DNA of 35,159 bases, taken from IMG/VR virus record IMGVR_UViG_3300038675_000532, positions 1 to 35,159 of that record; one strand, written 5' to 3'. Source of the stretch: a virus (lineage: Duplodnaviria > Caudoviricetes). Every line of letters begins with the position of its first letter. Within the stretch, counting starts at the first letter, position 1. The notes under the pieces were generated by a model. The model was not told where the DNA came from. It worked only from the letters and a program-made list of their open reading frames with translations, and did not search any database. A program made the position numbers and the translations under genes. Shown here piece by piece: positions 8,958 to 17,542 of the stretch.

Positions 8958-9312
8958 ACCTTTGTTGACGATAAGACACGGAATAGCGGGGCATAAATAC
9001 CCCATGATGCTGTTGCCTTTAGGATATAGGTTCAATACCGATATTCTTGAGGCCGAAATAGGGAGTAAGGCGATAATACAGTCCACGGGCGAAGAAGTGA
9101 AGATACTCAGAAAGGCGGTTATACCTTTAAAATCATCTCCCAAGAGCGACTATTCAGAGCTTTCAAACACGTTGTCGATAGGAATATACGGAAAAACAAT
9201 AAACGTGATATTCGACCTTATGACGGCGAATTGGAAGTATTACATAAAAGATAAAAATTTATTGTTGTTGGTGGTAGAAAAAATAGATAATGGCGAAAAA
9301 ACAACAGAATAA
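8947..9312 (+). CDS. Hypothetical phage protein
   Basis: 121-aa ORF overlapping neighbours. Confidence 0.65.
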   Translation: MESEPLLTIRHGIAGHKYPMMLLPLGYRFNTDILEAEIGSKAIIQSTGEEVKILRKAVIPLKSSPKSDYSELSNTLSIGIYGKTINVIFDLMTANWKYYIKDKNLLLLVVEKIDNGEKTTE

Positions 9313-9463
9313 AATGACGCGTTTTTGCGGAGAATGTAAACGCAAAAAACCTTTTTTGGACAAACATTTGGATTTTGAAGGAAATCCTTTGTTGTTTTCT
9401 TGTCCGAACAAAGAATATATGTTCTTAAGGAGCGAAATAGCTTGTGAGAGGATTTTGTTATGA
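9290..9463 (+). CDS. 57-aa Cys4 (putative Zn-binding) protein, not in ORF track
   Basis: MAKKQQNKMTRFCGECKRKKPFLDKHLDFEGNPLLFSCPNKEYMFLRSEIACERILL; fills the gap, ATGA overlap with the MTase. Confidence 0.65.
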   Translation: MAKKQQNKMTRFCGECKRKKPFLDKHLDFEGNPLLFSCPNKEYMFLRSEIACERILL

Positions 9464-10164
9464 TGGAACCGACAAAAACAATCAACGGCATGGAGTTTTA
9501 CAACGCCGACAATATTGAGATTATGGCGGGGATACCCGATAAGTATTTTGATATTGCTATAGTAGATCCGCCGTATGGAATTGGGCAACCAAAACAACAA
9601 AATCTTAAAGGATATGATGGAAGAAAAAGCTTAGAAGATAGATTGCAAAAAAATAGACTAAATCAAGGTTCTGGAAAATTAAATAATTCAAATTGCGAGT
9701 GGGATAATAATATTCCTACTGATGAATATTTTAAAGAATTGTTTCGTATTTCTAAAAATCAAATAATTTGGGGAGGAAATTATTTTCCACTACATCCGAC
9801 ACGGTGTATAATTTGTTGGGATAAAGTACAACCTTGGGAAAATTTTAGTCAAATAGAATTAGCGTGGACTTCTTTTGATACTCCAGCACAGATATATAAA
9901 TTTGATAATAGGACAGGAGATAAGATTCATCCAACGCAAAAACCTATTAAACTATATGAGTGGATTATAAAGAAATATTGCAAACAAGGCGACAAAATAA
10001 TCGACACGCATTTGGGAAGCGGGAGTATAGCGATAGCGGTACACAACGCCAACACGCTCGACAAAATGGAATTGTCCTTTACGGGAATAGAACTAGACAA
10101 AGATTATTTTGATGCTTCGATGTTGAGAATTGAGAACCATGTTAAACAATTAACCCTTTTTTAG
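9460..10164 (+). CDS. DNA N6-adenine/N4-cytosine methyltransferase (beta class), orphan
   Basis: Catalytic DPPY precedes HPTQKP and SAM-binding DTHLGSGS; GIELDKDYF. Confidence 0.92.
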   Translation: MMEPTKTINGMEFYNADNIEIMAGIPDKYFDIAIVDPPYGIGQPKQQNLKGYDGRKSLEDRLQKNRLNQGSGKLNNSNCEWDNNIPTDEYFKELFRISKNQIIWGGNYFPLHPTRCIICWDKVQPWENFSQIELAWTSFDTPAQIYKFDNRTGDKIHPTQKPIKLYEWIIKKYCKQGDKIIDTHLGSGSIAIAVHNANTLDKMELSFTGIELDKDYFDASMLRIENHVKQLTLF

Positions 10165-10329
10165 ATGATAACACACTTAGAAATGCAACTCTGCGCCCTG
10201 GTGGCGTTCATGATAGACAAACTTTTGCTTCAATGGTTATTGCCCTGGTGGATGTACCCTATAATGGCGGTTTCGGTGGCGATTTTTACTTTTATAGCTA
10301 AAAAACACAGATGGCTGAACTGGTTTTAA
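10165..10329 (+). CDS. 54-aa putative membrane protein, not in ORF track
   Basis: MITHLEMQLCALVAFMIDKLLLQWLLPWWMYPIMAVSVAIFTFIAKKHRWLNWF; starts immediately after the MTase stop. Confidence 0.55.
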   Translation: MITHLEMQLCALVAFMIDKLLLQWLLPWWMYPIMAVSVAIFTFIAKKHRWLNWF

Positions 10330-11813
10330 GACCGTACCAATCCCAGCTTCTCGGCGAGTCCTTGAGACCGATAAAAGAGAGGGGATGGCGGAAGATAATG
10401 GTTTATGGCCCACAGGGATGCGGAAAGTCCGTTCTTATAGCTTTTATGGCGCAAGGTTCCGTGTCCAAAAAGAAAAGAACGCTCATACTCAGCCATAGGG
10501 ACAAGATAGTGAAGCAAAACTTCGAGAAGATGAAGTTGAGGGACATGGAGGTAAGCATCATAAACCGTCAATCATCATACATCCCCCAAGAGGCGGATTG
10601 TTACTGCGGAATGTCGCAGACGATAACTTCCCGCATGGAGAACAAAGAGGGTTGGAAAGAGTGGCTGAAAACGATAGATTTCGTTATAGTGGACGAAGCT
10701 CACAGGGGCGAACATGACAAAATATTGGAAGCTTTGAGGAACGATGTTTTTGTTATAGGTCTATCCGGAACCGTTTACCGTTCGGGAAGCATGAAGCAAT
10801 TGGGACTCTTTTATGATTGTATAGTTAAAACCGTAGAGTGTTCCGATATTATTCCTTTAGGATACCTCACCAAAAGCAGAAACTTCACGTTCCAAGCCCC
10901 AAAGCTCGACGATCTTACGGTAAGCTACTCTTCGGGAGATTATGTGCAAAAAGAACTGCAAAAAAGATTCCAAAAGCCCGAAAGATATGCCGGTATCATC
11001 GAAAACTACCAAAACCTAGTGCCAAATACCAAGGCGATAGTTTTTACCACCGGTGTCGAACATTGCGTGGAGCTTTGCAAGGCTTTCAACGAGGCGGGAA
11101 TAAAAGCCAAGTATCTTGTCTCCGAATCTTTGCCCGAAACGGATTTTATGTATTCGGGAAGACAGGACGATATCCTTTCGCGATTCGCGAACCGAGAATT
11201 TGACGTTCTTTTGAATATCTCCATTCTCGATACGGGTTTTGACGATCCTTCCATAGAAACGGTGATACTCGATTTCAGCACCAAATCCTACACCAAGTAC
11301 GCCCAATGCGTAGGAAGACCGGCGAGGCCGCACCCCGACAAACCTTGGTTCAACGTGCTTGACTTCGGGGCGAACATAGAAACTTTCGGCATTTATGAAA
11401 GACCGAACCCTCCCATGTCGCTGTGGCACATGGCTGGTGGCGGCGGGATAGCTCCGAGCAAAGAATGTCCGAGATGCAACAGGCTTATCCCCGCCGTGGT
11501 AAAAACCTGTCCTTATTGTGGATATGTTTATCCCACACAAAAGGATATTTATTTGGTCGAATTGAAAGAGTTTATAGCCAGTACCGAAGAAACAAGCGAT
11601 CTTAAAAGGTACGTGGCCGAGAAGAAGCTCGAAGGATGGAAAAACGATTGGATACTCAGGGATATCTGCATAAAAAACAAGGATAACCCCAAAAAGGCTT
11701 TCATGGAGGCGATAGAAATACTCAGAACAGAGAACGGTGAGAACATATCGCCCAAGTATTATTATTTTTTTAAAAAACATCATTTGGATCCCAAGAAAAG
11801 GAAAAAAACATGA
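10311..11813 (+). CDS. Superfamily 2 DEAH helicase with C-terminal Zn finger (RadD/YejH-like)
   Basis: Q-motif LRPYQ, GPQGCGKS, DEAH, LSGT, TGFD, QCVGRPAR, CPRC...CPYC. Confidence 0.92.
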   Translation: MAELVLRPYQSQLLGESLRPIKERGWRKIMVYGPQGCGKSVLIAFMAQGSVSKKKRTLILSHRDKIVKQNFEKMKLRDMEVSIINRQSSYIPQEADCYCGMSQTITSRMENKEGWKEWLKTIDFVIVDEAHRGEHDKILEALRNDVFVIGLSGTVYRSGSMKQLGLFYDCIVKTVECSDIIPLGYLTKSRNFTFQAPKLDDLTVSYSSGDYVQKELQKRFQKPERYAGIIENYQNLVPNTKAIVFTTGVEHCVELCKAFNEAGIKAKYLVSESLPETDFMYSGRQDDILSRFANREFDVLLNISILDTGFDDPSIETVILDFSTKSYTKYAQCVGRPARPHPDKPWFNVLDFGANIETFGIYERPNPPMSLWHMAGGGGIAPSKECPRCNRLIPAVVKTCPYCGYVYPTQKDIYLVELKEFIASTEETSDLKRYVAEKKLEGWKNDWILRDICIKNKDNPKKAFMEAIEILRTENGENISPKYYYFFKKHHLDPKKRKKT

Positions 11814-12265
11814 GCGAAGAAGTTTTGGAATATTTGGAAAAAAACATGGACAAAATGGAATATTGTTCCGTAACGTACAAAGAGGGCGATGATTGCCGCA
11901 ATATAGTGATAAAGAACGAACCGGCCCAAGAACCCGATACAAGCTCCATAGCTGACAGTATGTTTCTATATATAGAAACAAAATACGGTTATACCAAGGA
12001 CGAATTGTTGGTAAAGAGCAGAAAAACAGAGAAAGTGATGTTCCGGTACATTGTCGCCACTGTGCTTAGACAATACAATTACGATTCTTTTACGTTGAGC
12101 AATTGCGGCAAAGAGGTAGGATTGGATCACGCCATGGTAATATACGCACAAAAGACGGTAAACATAGCTTTAACGTCAAAAGATCCCTATTACCATACGT
12201 TCAGGGACATATACAACGAAATATATAATTTATTCGGCCCCAAGGAAGGGCAAAGGAGGCTTTAA
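11810..12265 (+). CDS. Protein with DnaA domain IV-like HTH
   Basis: ELLVKSRK...R.IV...R...TLSNCGKEVGLDHAMVIYA matches the DnaA C-terminal (SR...R...IG...DH.TV.HA) pattern. Confidence 0.7.
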   Translation: MSEEVLEYLEKNMDKMEYCSVTYKEGDDCRNIVIKNEPAQEPDTSSIADSMFLYIETKYGYTKDELLVKSRKTEKVMFRYIVATVLRQYNYDSFTLSNCGKEVGLDHAMVIYAQKTVNIALTSKDPYYHTFRDIYNEIYNLFGPKEGQRRL

Positions 12266-12613
12266 ATGATGAGAAGAGAAGATTTGGAGAAGATAAACTT
12301 GATGTTCCTTTTGGAAGACATAGTTTATGGTATGCTGTTCGACGTGGAAGAAGCGCTGAAAAAACAGAAAATGGAACTTATCCACGAAAAGAAACAGAAC
12401 TTTACAAAGGCTATAGAAGATGTCAAAAAAGCGAAAAAATCGTGTCTTAGGGCTACGGTGGGGGTAAGCACGGACAAATTCGATGAATATGTGGATTATT
12501 CCGATTATCTCAGGGAAACCGTAGAACTGCTTTTTGACAGGACTCTGTTCAATCCCGACAACCAGATAAAAATAAAATCGCTGATACAAAATTTTAAAAA
12601 CGACAAAAAATGA
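12266..12613 (+). CDS. Hypothetical phage protein
   Basis: 115-aa helical ORF abutting neighbours. Confidence 0.65.
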   Translation: MMRREDLEKINLMFLLEDIVYGMLFDVEEALKKQKMELIHEKKQNFTKAIEDVKKAKKSCLRATVGVSTDKFDEYVDYSDYLRETVELLFDRTLFNPDNQIKIKSLIQNFKNDKK

Positions 12614-12882
12614 AAACCTACCTCATCAGCTACACGGTTCTGTCCACGATAGGTTCCGACATCAAGTCGGGACAGATCAGGGTCAAGAACGCTTCATCGG
12701 AAATAGGGGCTAAAATCAAACTTGAAACGTACCTTAAAAATAAAGTTCCCTATTTTGGCAAACTTATAATCCATTCATGTCGGGCAAGCAGCGGTTTGGA
12801 TGTATTCGACGATATTTTGGGCAAGGACAATCCATTTGGTAAATTTAACGGAAAATTAGCAAGAAATCCCACAAGTCTTTAG
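12610..12882 (+). CDS. Hypothetical phage protein
   Basis: 90-aa ORF, ATGA overlap; stop overlaps the convergent TerL stop. Confidence 0.6.
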   Translation: MKTYLISYTVLSTIGSDIKSGQIRVKNASSEIGAKIKLETYLKNKVPYFGKLIIHSCRASSGLDVFDDILGKDNPFGKFNGKLARNPTSL

Positions 12883-14615
12883 CTAAAGCTGTTATAATCG
12901 AAAGAATTTTCAGCTTCGATATAAAGGCCATTGTAATCATCTTCGGTGTATTCACATTGGCCTTCTTTTTTGTCCCTTGCGTCCAGCATCAAAGCGGCAT
13001 GATATATTATAGCATCCATTCTGTCGGGAGAATATCCAAATCTATCCTTAAACTCAAGTTTACTTTTATAATATATTTTGTTGCTTTTTTGAGTTACCCT
13101 GAATACATCTATTTCTTCGCATAAAATATCTACCAATGGTTTCATTGTTTTGGTTCTTCCATGTGGATATTTCTTATACATATCAACGGTACATGATATC
13201 TGTCCAGACTCGAACAAATATTGTGTTTTGGCCATAAGTTGTGATCTAACATTAAAATATTGCTCCATTGTTACGGGATTTCCGTACTTATCATATTCTT
13301 GTATGGGCCTCATATTTGATGTGATAGGATAACCTTCGGTATATCCTTTAAGGTAGTTTCCTATACCGGTAGCATCAAAAGCCATTAATTTCGGATCTAC
13401 ACCGTACTCCCTTAATTTAATATGTATCCAATTTTCAAGTTCTTTTGGATCGCTTCCTATAAAATCTTCTATAGCTATTATGGTCAATCCTTTCCATATA
13501 ACCATAGTAGAATTATCACCGCCACTAGACACATCCAAACTTGCCATCATTGTCGTATCTTGGGCGTATGGATTGCTCCATATATTTTTTATCATTTGCT
13601 TGGATACGGAACATCTCTCGATTTCTTCCGCGTTCCAATCTTTATCGAACAGTTTACGTGATTCTGTTTCTCCTAAATTATAAACATTGGCGGCGTGTTT
13701 TCCCTTGGTAGCGCTCATTAATATTCTATTCTCGGCCATGTCACATTCCCTGAAACAGACGCTTTTGACCATATCTTCCGGTGTAACACCTATATCCCTT
13801 AAATCTTTTGGTACTGTGATATTAGCTTTTTTTACAACTTCCGATCTACTGTCTCCCCATACAATATCTCTTGGTGATTCTCCTTTTATCAGACAATATT
13901 TTACTTTTTCTACCATATCTGGATTCATAACCCCCCTTCCGTCCGGTAATGTCATTATCCAAGGATCTATCAAAACCCTTGTCCAATGGTGGCTATTGGT
14001 ATTAAAAGTAAGGATCATTCTGCTTCTTTTGCCCGATGCGTCCCTATTCCTGCTTTGAAAATACGTGAATATTTCCCATTCATGGTCAGTGGCTTCATCT
14101 ATTGCCAAAAAACTATTTTGAAAGTTTTTCGCCTTTTCTTGGGCTTCATGCAATCCTTTTTCTGTTGCCGCTGAAAAGTTTGCGTGCGTCAAAGATACGG
14201 TAGCCCCACTTGGAAACGAAAATGTTGGGTTATCTGATTGTGAAAATTCCACCCCCCGCATCGGAAGATAAACCCTTTTACAATCTTCGACTATACCTCC
14301 CGATCCGGCTTTTGTAGATATCAACTGTTTTTTGATTATCAACGCGCCGTATTTGGGATTTTCTACTCCATCCAAAGCGGCCAATATCAATCCCATAGTT
14401 TTACCTCCTCCCGGTTGGCCTCCCAATAATAAAAGGTCTATTTCTTGTGTCTGCATATATTCTTGCAGTCCTTGTTGCGGCATATAATCCACATCAGACC
14501 TCAACTCCTTCCCATCCACCTTTACCCAACCTTTTTCTTTTACTGTAGCGAGTTTTCTTTCCACTTTAGGGTATCTTTGCGGAAACGGCGCGCTGTTTTC
14601 TTTTAGTCTTAGCAT
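12879..14615 (-). CDS. terL: Terminase large subunit
   Basis: Adenine-binding PQQGLQ, Walker A GGQPGGGKT, Walker B AIDEA, motif III TFN, nuclease LDVS..GD, FDATGIG, SPDRMDA. Confidence 0.92.
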   Translation of the reverse strand: MLRLKENSAPFPQRYPKVERKLATVKEKGWVKVDGKELRSDVDYMPQQGLQEYMQTQEIDLLLLGGQPGGGKTMGLILAALDGVENPKYGALIIKKQLISTKAGSGGIVEDCKRVYLPMRGVEFSQSDNPTFSFPSGATVSLTHANFSAATEKGLHEAQEKAKNFQNSFLAIDEATDHEWEIFTYFQSRNRDASGKRSRMILTFNTNSHHWTRVLIDPWIMTLPDGRGVMNPDMVEKVKYCLIKGESPRDIVWGDSRSEVVKKANITVPKDLRDIGVTPEDMVKSVCFRECDMAENRILMSATKGKHAANVYNLGETESRKLFDKDWNAEEIERCSVSKQMIKNIWSNPYAQDTTMMASLDVSSGGDNSTMVIWKGLTIIAIEDFIGSDPKELENWIHIKLREYGVDPKLMAFDATGIGNYLKGYTEGYPITSNMRPIQEYDKYGNPVTMEQYFNVRSQLMAKTQYLFESGQISCTVDMYKKYPHGRTKTMKPLVDILCEEIDVFRVTQKSNKIYYKSKLEFKDRFGYSPDRMDAIIYHAALMLDARDKKEGQCEYTEDDYNGLYIEAENSFDYNSFS

Positions 14616-14637
14616 GATTGTTGATAAATATTCTTTG

Positions 14638-14645
14638 CAAATATA
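14638..14645 (-). promoter_or_regulatory. -7 promoter element for terL
   Basis: Minus strand reads TATATTTG(C), 22 nt upstream of the terL ATG. Confidence 0.6.
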
Positions 14646-14676
14646 GCAAAAGTATGTTATGAACGTATAAATTGTT

Positions 14677-14684
14677 TATATTTG
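14677..14684 (+). promoter_or_regulatory. -7 promoter element for the head-tail operon
   Basis: TATATTTG 14 nt upstream of ATG 14699; back-to-back with the terL promoter. Confidence 0.6.
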
Positions 14685-14698
14685 TCAAAATTTAACGG

Positions 14699-14839
14699 AT
14701 GGAGAAGAAAGATTGCCACTGTCCCATTTGTGGCAAAAGACTTCCGGTAGAGATAGTTTCTGTTGAGGGCAAAGCGGTTTTTTCCGTTTTTTGCAGACAT
14801 TGTAAGACAGTAACTATCATCCGGATAGAAGAAAAATAA
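14699..14839 (+). CDS. 46-aa Zn-ribbon protein, Mu Com-like; not in ORF track
   Basis: MEKKDCHCPICGKRLPVEIVSVEGKAVFSVFCRHCKTVTIIRIEEK: CxxCGKxL...CxxCK. Confidence 0.75.
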   Translation: MEKKDCHCPICGKRLPVEIVSVEGKAVFSVFCRHCKTVTIIRIEEK

Positions 14840-14867
14840 GAGGCGTTAAGCCCGTTAAGAGACCAAG

Positions 14868-14907
14868 AGTCCAGTGATCGCCAAAAGGCGGACATTGGGC
14901 TTTTTTT
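14868..14907 (+). terminator. Intrinsic terminator/attenuator in the late-operon leader
   Basis: AGTCCAGTG-A-TCGCC-AAAA-GGCGG-A-CATTGGGCT followed by T-run. Confidence 0.7.
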
Positions 14908-14939
14908 GTTTTGGATTTTAACCAAAAATTATATAGATT

Positions 14940-15677
14940 ATGAAATTCACAAAAGAAGATGTCGTTGAAAGCATCAAGACATCGTACAAGGCTCAGAACG
15001 GAAATACCGGACTGAAATTATCCGAGCGCACGGTAGCGGAAACCATCGACACGTTGTTGGTTTTCGCCGACGAAGAGATTTCGTTGGAAGATTTTGTGGC
15101 AAAGGTTCGCCCCGCCATAGACTCGGCCAACAAAAACCTCATCAAAGAACAGAGCGATTTTGTAAAGAACTACAAACCCGCCGAACCGCCCACACCTCCG
15201 AAACCTCCGACTCCACCGACACCGCCCGATGGACTGGATATGACGGCGTTCATAAAACAGCTCACCGACGCTAACAAGGCCGCTATCGAGGCCGCGGTTA
15301 ATCCGTTGCAGACCAAGTTGATGGAGATGGAATTGGCCAAGAGCAGGGAAACGCTTTTGAACAACGTGAAAATGGAGTTCCAAAAGAAAAATCCTGATCC
15401 TTCGAGAAAGGCTTACGCGGACAAAGCTTTCAACACCGTTACGGCTAATTTAGCATCGGACGCGAAAGTAGAAGACGTTGTGGCGGCTTGGGACAAGGAG
15501 TTCAACGAACTTTGTTCTCTTACGGGAGTTAAGCCTTATCTTCCCGTTGACGCGCAAGGAAAACCAGTTGAAGGCAAGACACCGTTCCAGCAATCAGTTG
15601 ACGCGGTGACTGCCAAGGACGCTAACGCGGCCAATACCGCCGGAATCAAGGAAAGACTTGGTATTCCGAGCAAATAA
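14940..15677 (+). CDS. Putative capsid scaffolding protein
   Basis: Helical protein with Pro-rich linker, first large gene before decoration and capsid genes. Confidence 0.65.
   Translation: MKFTKEDVVESIKTSYKAQNGNTGLKLSERTVAETIDTLLVFADEEISLEDFVAKVRPAIDSANKNLIKEQSDFVKNYKPAEPPTPPKPPTPPTPPDGLDMTAFIKQLTDANKAAIEAAVNPLQTKLMEMELAKSRETLLNNVKMEFQKKNPDPSRKAYADKAFNTVTANLASDAKVEDVVAAWDKEFNELCSLTGVKPYLPVDAQGKPVEGKTPFQQSVDAVTAKDANAANTAGIKERLGIPSK
15177..15227 (+). repeat. Degenerate 9-bp coding repeat (PAEPPTPPKPPTPPTPP linker)
   Basis: Repeated Pro-Pro-X codon triplets in the scaffold gene. Confidence 0.6.
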
Positions 15678-15707
15678 TTAAAAATTGTTTAACTAAAACT
15701 TGTAAAG

Positions 15708-16403
15708 ATGCAAAATTACCAAATGACATCATGGAGCAAGGAATATGGCGGCGCGAGAACCGTCTTTACCGGCTCCGTAAAGGGGGTAACTAGCGGTCAA
15801 TATCAACTCGATCTTGACACTTTGCCTGATTTGGATAATGGAATAGTCCCCGCGGGTACTCCCGTGAAGGTTGACGATGCTCTGAGGACAATCGCCATCC
15901 ATTATGCTTTCAAGACATACGCTATTACCGCCTATGGACAGAACGACACATCGTTTGATGTGAAGTTTATCAAAGGATTTGAGGGCAGTAGGGTTACTGT
16001 TGGCATGAAGCTGGGAGTTGTTCCTTCCACTCTCGCCAACCTTTCCGCCGCCGTTACCGATGTGTTTACCGTTACGGCCGTGGATAGGACTACTTCCACC
16101 GCTTACGACACCGTTACCGTTTCTTGTACCGCCAGAACTACTTCACAGATCGCCGCTGGAACCGTTATCGTTGAACTCGGCCTTACCGGAGGAAGTTACT
16201 ATGTGAAAGTGTTGCCCAACGCTTTCTTGTTCTATGACGTAGCGAAAGATCCAAACGCTATCAATATGTGGGGCGTTGACGCTCTGTTCTGCCAAGCTGA
16301 CGGCGTTCTTCTTGAAAGAAGGATTCCGCCCGTAGCTACTGCCGTAAAGGAGTATCTAAGGACACAGGACGTTTATGTAAGATATTCACTTAGCCAAGAA
16401 TAG
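15708..16403 (+). CDS. Putative head decoration/cement protein
   Basis: Directly upstream of the capsid gene; VPAGTPV motif, beta-rich, ERRIPP C-term. Confidence 0.6.
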   Translation: MQNYQMTSWSKEYGGARTVFTGSVKGVTSGQYQLDLDTLPDLDNGIVPAGTPVKVDDALRTIAIHYAFKTYAITAYGQNDTSFDVKFIKGFEGSRVTVGMKLGVVPSTLANLSAAVTDVFTVTAVDRTTSTAYDTVTVSCTARTTSQIAAGTVIVELGLTGGSYYVKVLPNAFLFYDVAKDPNAINMWGVDALFCQADGVLLERRIPPVATAVKEYLRTQDVYVRYSLSQE

Positions 16404-16414
16404 GAGGATAGGCC

Positions 16415-17524
16415 ATGCAGAATGAATTAGCAACATATCAGTTATTGGAAGGCTTACCTTCTAATTCGGGTGAATTGAAATATATTCTTGACACCGTAAA
16501 CGCCAAATACAACAACACTTTGTGGAGGGCTTTCACGGATGTACTCCCTGCTTCTAGGAGCAAAAAGTTCACATCTATCGTCGAAGAGACAGGAATCATA
16601 GTAAAAGCTTCCGTTCTCGGTTCCGAAGGCGTAAAACCTTTGAGATCGCTTGAGGGCGCCAGCGTTTACAGCGACTCTATCCATAAGATAGGCCACGGTA
16701 TGAAAATGTCGCAGACAGACCTTACCGACATCATGGAAATGAACCTTGTTGACGCCAATATCGGCCAGATGCTTACCGAAAGGTACATGAGAAAGGCCAA
16801 TATGCTCGTCGGAGGTTTCCACGCCACATGGAACAGTTGGATTTGCGAGGCGCTTTCTACCCAACAGATCGTTCTTAAGGCACAAGGAGCAGCTTCCGGT
16901 TACACAATCGACCTGAGAACTCCCGCCGCCAACAAGATCAGCACCTCTGGAACAGCCGCTTGGTTCGACAATGACACCACAAAGTACAGCGTTTACGCAG
17001 ACCTTAAAATCATGGACAAGGCCGCCGACGATCTCGGTATGCCTATGGACAGGGTTTTTGTCTGTTCCAAAACTCTTTACGACAATATTTTGGCTGACAC
17101 AGACCTTGTTACCCTCATCAAAGCTAGGATGCCGTTACAGAACGCTACCAACGCTGTTTTGACCGACAACGAGATTTTGGCCGGACTCGCCGCTTTGGGA
17201 CTTCCTCCTATCGTGGCTATCGACGAAAAATCAAGGTATGAGGTCGATGGCGTTCCTACTTTGGCTTCGGCTTCTTTTGACGTTACCAAAATATCTCTTA
17301 TACCCACGGTCAGGTTGTTCAATATGCACAACTCTCCGTCGGAATACGCGCTTGACACCAATCCTTCGGTATATACCGCTTCTTTCGAGGGCGGACTTAT
17401 AGGGGCGATAGAGAAATTCGCTTCCGATCCTATATCGGTCATCACCAATATGGAATCTTGGAGCTTCCCGTCGTTCAAGAACCCGAAATGGATCGTATCC
17501 TTGGATACCACGGCTACAGCATAA
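16415..17524 (+). CDS. Major capsid protein (HK97 fold, lambda gpE-like)
   Basis: 369 aa; PLRS.EG...SIHKIGHG, EALST, C-term SFPSF.NP; position between decoration and neck genes. Confidence 0.85.
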   Translation: MQNELATYQLLEGLPSNSGELKYILDTVNAKYNNTLWRAFTDVLPASRSKKFTSIVEETGIIVKASVLGSEGVKPLRSLEGASVYSDSIHKIGHGMKMSQTDLTDIMEMNLVDANIGQMLTERYMRKANMLVGGFHATWNSWICEALSTQQIVLKAQGAASGYTIDLRTPAANKISTSGTAAWFDNDTTKYSVYADLKIMDKAADDLGMPMDRVFVCSKTLYDNILADTDLVTLIKARMPLQNATNAVLTDNEILAGLAALGLPPIVAIDEKSRYEVDGVPTLASASFDVTKISLIPTVRLFNMHNSPSEYALDTNPSVYTASFEGGLIGAIEKFASDPISVITNMESWSFPSFKNPKWIVSLDTTATA

Positions 17525-17542
17525 CATTAAAAATACCGGATC

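Noticed and set aside
600-12589. Numerous minus-strand ORFs, e.g. 5304-6032, 8436-9143, 11016-11981
   Set aside because: Antisense shadows of well-supported plus-strand genes, with no recognisable motifs.
12877-12888. 12-bp palindrome CTTTAGCTAAAG at the convergent stop overlap
   Set aside because: No loop or U-tract, AT-rich and within coding sequence; probably chance.
14692-14925. Minus-strand 77-aa ORF upstream of terL as a possible terS
   Set aside because: Antisense to the much more convincing Zn-ribbon ORF and terminator, with no TerS features.
16401-16417. Stop read-through fusing decoration protein to capsid
   Set aside because: The two ORFs are out of frame and no slippery site is present.
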